Part shown: positions 37,101 through 46,069 of the stretch, piece by piece
How the letters are laid out: each line of letters begins with the position of its first letter
How positions within the stretch are numbered: position 1 is the first letter of the stretch
From: Bacteroidota bacterium
GTDB lineage: Bacteria > Bacteroidota > Bacteroidia > JABDFU01
Reading direction: 5' to 3'
Assembly: GCA_013286805.1 (NCBI GenBank)
Contig: JABDEY010000005.1
Coordinates: 1-56,603 of the forward strand
DNA: 56,603 bases
Position numbers and translations under genes: made by a program
The notes under the pieces: generated by a model
What the model was told of the DNA's origin: nothing
What the model saw: only the letters and a program-made list of their open reading frames with translations
The model's database searches: none

Positions 37101-38018
37101 TCACTGTTTCTGAATAACAACCTTACCGCTTTGAATAGCTTTGCTCTTTTCATCTGTCAGAGAATACATGTACATTCCATCGGGAAACGAATGTAAATCA
37201 ATAACAGAAGAAGCGTTTTCAATTTTTGACTCCTCTAATTTTCGGCCTGTGATATCATATAAAATAAATACCGCCTCTGAATTCAATACGTTTTGAATTT
37301 CCAGATGATCAACTGCGGGATTAGGGCCCAGTTTAAAATGAGGAACTTCCTGTTCTTTTACTGAATTTGCAGGATTGAAAACCAAACCGAGGTCATCAAC
37401 ATAAATAGTACTCCCGTCCACCGAAGTAGAAGAACCATTGCTTGAACAAACTAACCAGAGGGAAAGTGTCACAGGACTTGAAGACCTGTAAACCAAAGGA
37501 GCAGAAAACCGTTTATACGCGCTAACTGCCGTCGTAGGTGTACTAAAGTTGGCAACAGCGATGGTGTCTGCATTATTCGTTCCTCCAAACAAAACAAAGG
37601 TGGCAAAGCCATTATCTACTTTTTGAGGTGCATACTGGTACCATCCAATCATGCTATCAGGTCTCAGGGTGTAAGGAAGTCCACCTGTAATACTTCCTGT
37701 TGCAGAGGTCGGGATAGTACCGGTGGTGATTATACCGGGAGCCAGATTGCTGGCAATGGTTAAAGTGGTTAATTGGCAGGCAGCTAATCCACTGTGTATA
37801 TGCGCGGCAGCGGTAACTTCTATACAACCGACTGAACCCAGTATCGCACTTTGGTTATTGGCGCAGTTCCAGCCGGTGGGATAATAATAAGTGGTGAGAA
37901 TATCAACACCTGAAGACCAGTTTTCAAAGCCCGCATTAGGTGTTGCCGGATTAGTCTGGGCAAGGAATCCTGCAGCAGAAATTGAAAAAATTGAAATGAG
38001 CGAGTAGATTTTTTTCAT
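37101..38018 (-). CDS. T9SS type A cargo with a jelly-roll/carbohydrate-binding-like domain
   Basis: PNAGFENW...PTGW...RPDSMIGWYQY...IYVDDL pattern; CTD GPNPA...YDITGR...GMYMY...GKVVIQ. Confidence 0.75.
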   Translation of the reverse strand: MKKIYSLISIFSISAAGFLAQTNPATPNAGFENWSSGVDILTTYYYPTGWNCANNQSAILGSVGCIEVTAAAHIHSGLAACQLTTLTIASNLAPGIITTGTIPTSATGSITGGLPYTLRPDSMIGWYQYAPQKVDNGFATFVLFGGTNNADTIAVANFSTPTTAVSAYKRFSAPLVYRSSSPVTLSLWLVCSSNGSSTSVDGSTIYVDDLGLVFNPANSVKEQEVPHFKLGPNPAVDHLEIQNVLNSEAVFILYDITGRKLEESKIENASSVIDLHSFPDGMYMYSLTDEKSKAIQSGKVVIQKQ

Positions 38019-38216
38019 GGGTAGAATTTTTTCATTCGTTAATTCTTTTTCAGTTTAATCCGCCTGATTGCCAAACCAAAATAAAGCGGAACTCAACACA
38101 AGTAATATGTCCAACCAAATATATAACATAAACCTGCAAAAAGCTAATTCCGTGATCCCTGTTTACTGAAACTAACCATGGTTATCGGATTGGCATATTT
38201 TATCTAATTTTACCCC

Positions 38217-39638
38217 ATGAACATAAAAACAAAAATTGTGGCCACCATGGGCCCGGCATCCACCCCACCGGATGTATTGGAAGCAATGATTTTGGCTGGA
38301 GTCAATATCTGCCGGATTAATTTTTCACATGGCTCCTATGAAGATGCGAAAATGACCATCAATACCATTCGTTCATTGAATGAAAAGCTAAAAGCGAATG
38401 TGGCCATACTGGCCGATTTGCAGGGGCCTAAATTACGTATCGGTGAGGTAGAGAATAATGAAGTTGAACTACTCGCCGGCAATGAAATAACCATTACTAC
38501 AACAAAATGTACAGGTAACGCTAAGATTATATATATCACCTATGCCCAGTTCCCAAAAGATGTGGCAGTTGGAGATAGCGTTCTGATTGATGATGGCAAA
38601 ATACTGCTTCGCGTGCTGGCTACCAATCGAAAAGATGAAGTAAAAGCAGAAATAATTTTTGGTGGAATACTTTCTTCCAAAAAAGGGGTAAATCTGCCAA
38701 ATACAAAAATTTCCCTCCCCTGTTTAAGTGAAAAAGATTTGATGGATTTAAATTTTGCGCTTGACAATGAAGTGGAATGGATAGGACTTTCTTTTGTGCG
38801 AAGTGTGACCGACATAGTGGATTTAAAAGAAATTATTAAGGGCAGGAATAAGCGCGCCAGAGTTATTGCAAAAATTGAAAAGCCGGAAGCAATTCTGGAA
38901 ATAGATAATATCATAGATATGACAGATGGAATTATGGTAGCCCGGGGTGATCTGGGTGTTGAACTGCCAATGGAGCAGGTTCCCATGATTCAGAAAATGT
39001 TAGTGAATAAATGCATCAAGGCTTCTAAGCCTGTAATTATTGCTACTCAAATGATGGAGAGCATGATTACCAGTTTCTCCCCTACTCGCGCGGAAGTAAA
39101 TGATGTGGCAAATGCAGTGATGGATGGTGCAGATGCAGTTATGTTAAGTGCAGAGACTTCCGTGGGGAAATACCCTGTAAAGGTGATTGAGAACATGAAA
39201 AAGATTATAGCAGAAGTGGAGAAAATGGGAAACATCTATTACAGGGAGCATCCTCCCGTTTTAAAGACTCAAACATTTGTTTCAGATTCCATTTGTTTTA
39301 ACGCCTGTCTTGTCGCAAAACAAGCAGGTGCAAGTGCTATTGTTTCCATGACCAATTCCGGCTATACTGCATTCAAAATTTCCAGCCACCGTCCTATTGC
39401 AAACATTTATATTTTTACTGACAATCGTTCATTGTTAACTTCTTTAAGTCTTGTCTGGGGCGTAAAGGGGTTTTATTACAACCGATATGAAAGCACTGAT
39501 CAGACTATTTCAGAAATTAATGACTTCCTGAAATATGGCGAGTTTGTTAAAAGCGACGACCTTGTAATTAATATTGCCAGTATTCCCATGCATGAGCGTG
39601 GCAGGACGAATATGCTGAAGCTGAGTTATATTAGTTAA
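38217..39638 (+). CDS. pyk: Pyruvate kinase
   Basis: TKIVATMGP, RINFSHG, DLQGPKLR, IAKIEK, MVARGDLGVE, ATQMMESM and PTRAEV motifs. Confidence 0.98.
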   Translation: MNIKTKIVATMGPASTPPDVLEAMILAGVNICRINFSHGSYEDAKMTINTIRSLNEKLKANVAILADLQGPKLRIGEVENNEVELLAGNEITITTTKCTGNAKIIYITYAQFPKDVAVGDSVLIDDGKILLRVLATNRKDEVKAEIIFGGILSSKKGVNLPNTKISLPCLSEKDLMDLNFALDNEVEWIGLSFVRSVTDIVDLKEIIKGRNKRARVIAKIEKPEAILEIDNIIDMTDGIMVARGDLGVELPMEQVPMIQKMLVNKCIKASKPVIIATQMMESMITSFSPTRAEVNDVANAVMDGADAVMLSAETSVGKYPVKVIENMKKIIAEVEKMGNIYYREHPPVLKTQTFVSDSICFNACLVAKQAGASAIVSMTNSGYTAFKISSHRPIANIYIFTDNRSLLTSLSLVWGVKGFYYNRYESTDQTISEINDFLKYGEFVKSDDLVINIASIPMHERGRTNMLKLSYIS

Positions 39639-39667
39639 TACCTACCAGTCTGAATATCAGTACATTT

Positions 39668-40870
39668 ATGGCTTTCAGAAGCCGAAACTATAGGCTCTAT
39701 TTTGCGGGTCAGTCCATTTCCTTAATAGGAACCTGGATGCAGCGAACAGCTGTATATTGGCTGATCTATATCCAGACCCACTCTACATTTATGCTTGGTG
39801 TAGCTGTGTTTGCAGCACAATTTCCTTCCTTTTTATTTTCTCTTTTAGGTGGAGTAGTTTCTGACAGGTATAATCGTTACAGGGTGTTGATTTTTACCCA
39901 GGTAGCTTCTTTAGTTCAGGCCGCCTTGCTGACCATATTGGTTTTATTTACGCATTATACAGTTTGGGAAATACTTACGCTGAGTGTTCTTTTAGGTCTT
40001 ATCAATGCATTTGATGTTCCTGCCCGTCAGGCTATGGTTTATGATATGGTAGATCAAAAGGAAGACCTGGCAAATGCGATTGCGCTTAATTCTTCCATGG
40101 TAAATCTGGCAAGGCTTATTGGTCCGGCTATATCAGGACTTGTTTTAGAAAAATTTGGAGCCGGTTTTTGTTTTCTGCTAAATACCGGAAGTTTCCTGGC
40201 GGTGATAATATCCTTGCTTTTGATGAGACTCCCTGAGTATATTCCAGCTTTACATGTAAAGAAAGTAATGGGAGAACTTAAAGAAGGATTGGTTTATTTA
40301 AAGCATACACCTTCCATTGCTTTTGTAATTTTATTACTTGCCTGCATGAGCTTATTTGTGTTGCCTTATATTACATTACTTCCGGTTTATGCCAAGGTTA
40401 TATTTTCAGGTAATGCTTCCACATTTGGTTACCTGAATAGCTTTATTGGATTGGGGGCAATTATTGGAACCATTTTTCTTGCTTCAATAAAGCCGGGCGT
40501 AGATTTGAAGAAAGTTTTATTCATCAATACACTTATTTTTGGTTCAGGACTGATTCTGTTTTCTCACATGACTTATTTACCCTTGGCTTTGTTCTTTTCA
40601 GTTTTGACTGGTTATGGAATGATGTCTCAGGTGACCATCAGTAATACAATTATTCAGACTACTGTTTCACAGGAGATGAGAGGAAGGGTTATTAGTTACT
40701 TTGCCATGGCATTTTTCGGGATGCAGCCATTGGGTGGTTTATTGATAGGAGCCGCCTCTCATTACATAGGTACCCCTAATACAATTTTGGCGGAGGGAAT
40801 TATGGCGCTTTTGATTACTCTGTTATTTGTCTATTTCCTGAAACGCAGACAGTTTAGGAAGGTTGATTAG
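39668..40870 (+). CDS. MFS transporter (MFS_3/DHA3-like)
   Basis: About 12 hydrophobic segments; GQSISLIGTWMQ, GGVVSDRYNR, FDVPARQ and EMRGRVIS. An in-frame CTG at 39650 may be the true start. Confidence 0.9.
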   Translation: MAFRSRNYRLYFAGQSISLIGTWMQRTAVYWLIYIQTHSTFMLGVAVFAAQFPSFLFSLLGGVVSDRYNRYRVLIFTQVASLVQAALLTILVLFTHYTVWEILTLSVLLGLINAFDVPARQAMVYDMVDQKEDLANAIALNSSMVNLARLIGPAISGLVLEKFGAGFCFLLNTGSFLAVIISLLLMRLPEYIPALHVKKVMGELKEGLVYLKHTPSIAFVILLLACMSLFVLPYITLLPVYAKVIFSGNASTFGYLNSFIGLGAIIGTIFLASIKPGVDLKKVLFINTLIFGSGLILFSHMTYLPLALFFSVLTGYGMMSQVTISNTIIQTTVSQEMRGRVISYFAMAFFGMQPLGGLLIGAASHYIGTPNTILAEGIMALLITLLFVYFLKRRQFRKVD

Positions 40871-41109
40871 TTTGTAAAGTTTCCTGTTTTTTTAGGCTCT
40901 TGCAGTAATCAATTGAATGCCAATTTACTTAGGTAAGTTTAGTTTACCCAAATACTTCTTAAATGGCTATGCTTACGGAGTAATTAAAAGAATGAATCCG
41001 GAATTGGCATATTTAGCCTTGGTTGTTTCCTTTTTGTCTTTCAATAATTGCGCATCATATTTCCGCTCTTGATCTCATATTAGTTTATTCATCTTCTATA
41101 TTCCCAACA

Positions 41110-41125
41110 TGTTTCACGTGGAACA
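41110..41125. other. parS site (ParB-binding palindrome)
   Basis: TGTTTCACGTGGAACA matches the canonical 16-bp parS TGTTNCACGTGNAACA. Confidence 0.9.
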
Positions 41126-41310
41126 TTAAGTCAATAGGATTCACATTTTTCTAAGATCTGATTACAATTTTTTAGTAATTGTACCTGTTTATTTGATGTA
41201 TAAATAGAAAATAAAACATACTTCAATACAACACTGACGCTTAGTACAGCCTGTTTTAAAAGTGGGTATTTGTCCATTTGCGGAACGGAATTTTTAATGT
41301 TACAACACTG

Positions 41311-41439
41311 GGGAATAAAGCAGAGGAGCATTAAAGGATGGCTTAAGGGCAATTATGCTGCGAAGCAGGGCAATCACTTTGTGGCTGAATATGCCAGTTT
41401 GTGTGAAGGAGTGTAGCGGTGGACTCTGCTTTTTCCTAG
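41311..41439. repeat. Structured non-coding element E1
   Basis: AAAGCAGAG (41317-41325) pairs with CTCTGCTTT (41424-41432). Internal hairpins CTGC-GAA-GCAG, TCAC/GTGA and TGGC/GCCA. The 3' end matches element E2 at 19/22 positions. Confidence 0.5.
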
Positions 41440-41455
41440 CATTAAAAATATAACC

Positions 41456-41471
41456 TGTTCCACGTGAAACC
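41456..41471. other. parS site
   Basis: TGTTCCACGTGAAACC, one terminal mismatch to the consensus. Confidence 0.85.
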
Positions 41472-41509
41472 TTTTGTATTAACAAATCCTAATAGATACC
41501 TTCGCAGCC

Positions 41510-42415
41510 ATGGAAACACTCAGCCATTGTCCAATATGCAACTCTACTGATTTTGATCAATTTTTGACTTGCACAGATTACACTGTAAGCCACAAAGAAT
41601 TCTCCATCGACCAATGCCGATCCTGCGGATTCAGGTTTACAAATCCGAGGCCATCAGCCAATGAATTAGGCAGCTATTATAAAGCAGAAGAGTATATCTC
41701 TCATTCTGACTCTAAAAAGGGCTTAGTAAACCGTTTGTATCATCTTGTAAGGAGATACACACTTATCAAGAAACTGCAGTTAATAGTTCGTTTAGCAGGT
41801 GTAAAATTATCCGCAAGCAAGCAAAAACAGCTATTGGATATTGGCTGTGGAACCGGAGCATTTCTTGATATTTGTAAAAGAGCTGGTTTTACTTGTAAGG
41901 GAATAGAGCCCGATGGTGACGCCAGGGAACACTCTATTAAAACCTATGACCTTGATGTTAAAGACGAACCCGAACTTGACAACCTTCCTAAAGCCTCATT
42001 TGAGATAATTACCTTATGGCATGTACTGGAGCATGTACCACTTTTGAATGATAGAATCCTGCAAATAAAACAGCTTATGAATCAATCAGGACGTGTAATT
42101 GTAGCTGTTCCAAATTGTTCATCATTTGACGCAAAACACTATAATAAATACTGGGCTGCTTATGATCTTCCAAGGCACCTTTATCACTTTACTCCAAAGG
42201 ACATCATTTCTATTTTTGAAAAGAATGAAATGAAAGTTGAACAAATACTTCCCATGCGTTTCGATTCCTTTTACGTTTCCATGTTAAGTGAGAAATACAA
42301 GACCGGAAGAACAAATTATTTAAAGGCATTAATAATTGGGTTAATTTCTAATGTTTCAGCCATTAAAACAGGAAGAGAATTTTCCAGCCAGATCTATGTC
42401 ATAAAAAAGAACTGA
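41510..42415 (+). CDS. Class I SAM-dependent methyltransferase with N-terminal Zn-finger
   Basis: CPIC...CRSC, LLDIGCGTG, ITLWHVLEHV, VAVPN and YDLPRHLYHF motifs. Confidence 0.92.
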   Translation: METLSHCPICNSTDFDQFLTCTDYTVSHKEFSIDQCRSCGFRFTNPRPSANELGSYYKAEEYISHSDSKKGLVNRLYHLVRRYTLIKKLQLIVRLAGVKLSASKQKQLLDIGCGTGAFLDICKRAGFTCKGIEPDGDAREHSIKTYDLDVKDEPELDNLPKASFEIITLWHVLEHVPLLNDRILQIKQLMNQSGRVIVAVPNCSSFDAKHYNKYWAAYDLPRHLYHFTPKDIISIFEKNEMKVEQILPMRFDSFYVSMLSEKYKTGRTNYLKALIIGLISNVSAIKTGREFSSQIYVIKKN

Positions 42416-42423
42416 ATTCAATA

Positions 42424-42439
42424 TGTTTCACGTGGAACA
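42424..42439. other. parS site
   Basis: TGTTTCACGTGGAACA, 8 bp after the methyltransferase stop. Confidence 0.9.
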
Positions 42440-42489
42440 GTCCTAAATATTGATAACATTTTATTTAAATAACTATAAATGAGATTGTT

Positions 42490-42656
42490 ATAAAAAAAGC
42501 AGACGAGAGGGCGAACAACTTGTGGTTGTTTGAGCCAGACTGTGGGCTGCAAATCGGCTGGCTCGTGGGTTAGCGGCTCAGAGTCTGAGCCCCGATTTAT
42601 TAGCAGCGATGAACGATGCTTTTTTTATTGGCAGCGATGAACTCTGCTTTTTTTTA
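42490..42656. repeat. Structured non-coding element E2 with duplicated 3' end
   Basis: ATAAAAAAAGCA (42490-42501) pairs with TGCTTTTTTTAT (42617-42628). Internal stems AACAAC/GTTGTT, GCTGC/GCAGC, AAATCGG/CCGATTT and the palindrome GGCTCAGA-G-TCTGAGCC. Tandem GCAGCGATGAACnnTGCTTTTTTT at 42603 and 42631. Confidence 0.6.
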
Positions 42657-42736
42657 AGTAGAAAAGCCCAATTACCGATGTATTCGGTTAACCACACTAT
42701 GAAGCTCAATATCTAACCCTCGTAAAGTAATTTTTA

Positions 42737-42744
42737 TAAATTTG
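42737..42744 (+). promoter_or_regulatory. Bacteroidota sigma-A -7 promoter element
   Basis: TAAATTTG matches TAnnTTTG and lies about 28 bp upstream of the USP ATG at 42772. Confidence 0.55.
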
Positions 42745-42771
42745 CAACCGGATTGTTTAATCAATCTACTT

Positions 42772-43596
42772 ATGCCAACAAAAGAAAACTGCATTCTTGT
42801 TCCAACCGACTTTCACGAACAATCATTAATTGCATTAAGCCAAAGTTATAATCTTGCCCGCTTTACGCATTCCCAATTGTATTTGATGCATGTATATGAA
42901 AAAGGGGAGGATAAAAAAGAAGCGGAAGAAAAACTAAAAAAACTGGCAGAGGAGACCCAGTTAAAAACAAGCATTGTTGTTAAGACAATTTTAGAAGAGG
43001 GAAATCCTTTTGTAGAGGTAAATAAAACAATAGAGCGGCTGATGCCGATTTTAGTATTTATTGGGGTGAGTTCAAAAATTTCCGCAAAGGAAATTTTGGG
43101 GCAAAACTCATTTCGTATGGTGCGTGAATCCACTGCTCCCGTTATTACCATCCGCGGCAAATTACACAAAGACGGTTGTAAACTTATCTTACTTCCGCTC
43201 GACCTTACCAAGGAAACCAGAGAAAAAGTCGGGAAAGCGATTGAGTTCGCAAAATATTTTGATTCAAAGATTCAGGTATTGTCTGTGCTTGACAAGGGTC
43301 AGGAGGTGTATGAAAATAAATTATTGGCGTATTCCAATCAGGTGAAACGTTTTATTCAGGAAAAAGGAATTGTTTGCGGAAACAAAACAATTCGCGGGAA
43401 AAACATTGCTGAAATGGTGGTCAGTTATGCCAAAGAGGTAGACGCTGATTTGATTATGGTCATGAGCAAGGCAGAAAGGAATCTTAAAGAATTTTTTATG
43501 GGAACTACCGCCCAGCAGATCATTAACCTATCGGAAATTCCGGTCCTCAGTATAAGGCCAATGGTAAGAAAAGACACTACAGCTTTCACCATATAG
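42772..43596 (+). CDS. Universal stress protein (tandem USP domains)
   Basis: ILVPTDF, ILLPLD, ADLIMVM and FMGTTAQQIINLSEIPVLSI motifs. Confidence 0.92.
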   Translation: MPTKENCILVPTDFHEQSLIALSQSYNLARFTHSQLYLMHVYEKGEDKKEAEEKLKKLAEETQLKTSIVVKTILEEGNPFVEVNKTIERLMPILVFIGVSSKISAKEILGQNSFRMVRESTAPVITIRGKLHKDGCKLILLPLDLTKETREKVGKAIEFAKYFDSKIQVLSVLDKGQEVYENKLLAYSNQVKRFIQEKGIVCGNKTIRGKNIAEMVVSYAKEVDADLIMVMSKAERNLKEFFMGTTAQQIINLSEIPVLSIRPMVRKDTTAFTI

Positions 43597-43684
43597 TCGT
43601 TTCAATGTTATTGCAATAAATCGGACGTTTTCCAGTTATTCAATAGCGGAATTTATGTAATTTTCCATATCTATTTTTTGAAGG

Positions 43685-46060
43685 ATGAAGCGTAGGATTT
43701 TAACGTTTTTGATACTTATATTAACTTCATCTTTGGCTTTGTTCTGCCAGACTACATCCATAGGTCAATGGAGGACTCAGTTTTCGTACAGACAAGGCAT
43801 GGCCGTGGCTCAGGGGGATGGAAAAATCTTTTGCGCGACCGCAGGAGGTTTATTTTCCTATAATTCCGACAATTCATTTTCACTGCTCTCGAAGCTGAGC
43901 GGATTATCTGATCTGAATGCAAATGTCATTAATTACGACACACTCAGCCATACATTGATTGTTGCTTATCAGGATGCAAACATTGACATCATTCAAGGTG
44001 GTGTAATCACGAATCTGCCCGATCTATTAATTGCCAATATTACGGGAAGCAAGGCAGTTAATAATATTTTTTTTACTCCGGGAATTGCTTACCTCGCCTG
44101 TGGTTTTGGAATTGTCGTGGTTGATCTTGTATTGCACCAGACTAAGGACACCTATTATATTGGACCCTTGGGTGCAGCCATAAATGTAAGGGATGTAAAT
44201 ACAGATGGTAATTTATTATATGCAGCGACCGATGGTGGGATCTATACCGCTCCTTTAAGCAGCCCTAACCTGAATGATTATAATTCCTGGACTTTGCAAA
44301 CAGCCGGTCTGCCGGCACCACCGCACACAGTCTACAATACCCTTGCCTGTTTTAATGGAATCATGTACGCGAACTTTTCTGAATACCTCACCAGCAATGC
44401 CACCATTACTTTTAAAGACCAGGTTTATCAATTTGACGGGGTAAGCACCTGGAGCCCATTATCCTCACTACACGGAGATGACTTTAAAAAATTAAGGGTG
44501 AATAACAACACGCTTGTTGCGGTGGGCGAATATAATTTATATCTGATTAATGCTGCAGGCGCAATTCTTCCTGCCCAGTTTTATAATAAGTACGGGTTTG
44601 GAACGTCGCTGATGGCAGATGGTTTGGTTGATAAAAACAACATCGGATGGATAGCGGATAAAGTATATGGCTTAGTGAGAATGCCTGCAACCGGCCCCGG
44701 GGAAATTATGGTACCCAATGGCCCAATTACCAACAATGTTTTTAGCATGACGTATAATACTGGAAATATATGGTTAGCGCCAGGAGGAGTATCGTTTGCT
44801 AACGCTCAGTACAGTAGATTAAATGATGGGGAATCTGTTTATTCAAATAACACCTGGACGTCTATTAGCGGGGTTCAGCCGGGAGGAAATATGGATACCA
44901 TTGACGATGTGGTTTGCATTGCTGTTGATCCGGGAAACCCTAAACATGCTTTCGGGAGTTCTCAATGGAGTGGAGTGTTGGAATTTAATAATGGTGCCAT
45001 GGTGAAAGTGTATAACCCTGCTAACAGTTCATTGAAAAATCAGGCTTCCTCACCAAATTATTGGCAAGTATTGGCTGCCGGAATCGCTTATGATACCCTG
45101 GGCAATTTATGGGTAGGAAATGGACTTACAACCAATTTGCTTTCCGTGAAAAAACCGAACGTTAATGGCCCGCAGGCCTGGCAAAGTTTTAATTTTGGGT
45201 TTATGACAGGTCCGGTAATAGCGGGCTTGCTGATGATTACCAGTCTCAATCAAAAATGGCTGGAACTGCCCAGAAATAATGAAATTTTGGTTTTCAATGA
45301 TAATGGAACATTTCCTGTTCCGAATACAACCAATTCAAAAATATTAAAAACAGGTGTTGGATCTGGAAATTTGCCGGGACAAACCGTGTATTGTATGGCA
45401 GAAGATAAAAATGCGGCCGTATGGATAGGTACTGATCAGGGCATCGCAGTCATTTACAACCCAGCTAATATCTTCAACGGAGGCAGTTATGATGCACAGC
45501 CCGTATATGTGCAGCAGAATGGCTATACTCAACTTCTGTTCCAGGCAGAACAGGTGAATGCCATTGCTGTGGACGGAGCCAATCGTAAATGGGTTGGTAC
45601 CCAGCTGGCGGGAGCATTTCTTATGTCTGCTGATGGGACAAAACAGATTTATAATTTCACAACTGCCAACAGCCCACTGATTTCGAATGCAGTTACGTCA
45701 ATTACCATTAACCCATTAACAGGAGAAGTCTTTTTCGGAACACCTAAAGGTGTTGTTTCTTATAGGGGTGATGCAACAGAGGGAGGAAACAGTTTTGGAA
45801 ATGTTTACGTTTTTCCTAATCCGGTGAAGCACGATTACAATGGCCCTATTGCAATTACAAACCTGGTGAATGACGCAGATGTGAAAATTACAGATATAAC
45901 AGGAACACTAATTTTTAAAACTACTGCTTTGGGTGGTCAGGCCATTTGGGATGGAAATAATTTCTCGGGTCAGCGCGCACATACCGGCGTTTACCTTGTA
46001 TTCTGTTCCAGCCCCGATGGAACCCAGACACATGTAACTAAACTGCTGTTTATTAATTAA
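43685..46060 (+). CDS. porZ: PorZ (T9SS surface beta-propeller)
   Basis: IGQWRTQFSY N-terminus, LSKLSGLSD, VWIGTDQG, IAVDGANRKWVGT, NSPLISN, GEVFFGT, VYVFPNPV...GVYLV CTD. Lies upstream of recO. Confidence 0.88.
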   Translation: MKRRILTFLILILTSSLALFCQTTSIGQWRTQFSYRQGMAVAQGDGKIFCATAGGLFSYNSDNSFSLLSKLSGLSDLNANVINYDTLSHTLIVAYQDANIDIIQGGVITNLPDLLIANITGSKAVNNIFFTPGIAYLACGFGIVVVDLVLHQTKDTYYIGPLGAAINVRDVNTDGNLLYAATDGGIYTAPLSSPNLNDYNSWTLQTAGLPAPPHTVYNTLACFNGIMYANFSEYLTSNATITFKDQVYQFDGVSTWSPLSSLHGDDFKKLRVNNNTLVAVGEYNLYLINAAGAILPAQFYNKYGFGTSLMADGLVDKNNIGWIADKVYGLVRMPATGPGEIMVPNGPITNNVFSMTYNTGNIWLAPGGVSFANAQYSRLNDGESVYSNNTWTSISGVQPGGNMDTIDDVVCIAVDPGNPKHAFGSSQWSGVLEFNNGAMVKVYNPANSSLKNQASSPNYWQVLAAGIAYDTLGNLWVGNGLTTNLLSVKKPNVNGPQAWQSFNFGFMTGPVIAGLLMITSLNQKWLELPRNNEILVFNDNGTFPVPNTTNSKILKTGVGSGNLPGQTVYCMAEDKNAAVWIGTDQGIAVIYNPANIFNGGSYDAQPVYVQQNGYTQLLFQAEQVNAIAVDGANRKWVGTQLAGAFLMSADGTKQIYNFTTANSPLISNAVTSITINPLTGEVFFGTPKGVVSYRGDATEGGNSFGNVYVFPNPVKHDYNGPIAITNLVNDADVKITDITGTLIFKTTALGGQAIWDGNNFSGQRAHTGVYLVFCSSPDGTQTHVTKLLFIN

Positions 46061-46069
46061 GTTGCACAA

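Noticed and set aside
41131-41485. Short minus-strand ORFs (73 and 61 aa) between the parS sites
   Set aside because: No motifs; they overlap element E1 and a parS, so are better explained as non-coding.
42490-42656. Hammerhead ribozyme or CRISPR array reading of the GATGAA-containing repeats
   Set aside because: The CTGATGA/GAAA core is absent, and there are only two repeat units with a 3-bp gap, no spacers and no cas genes.
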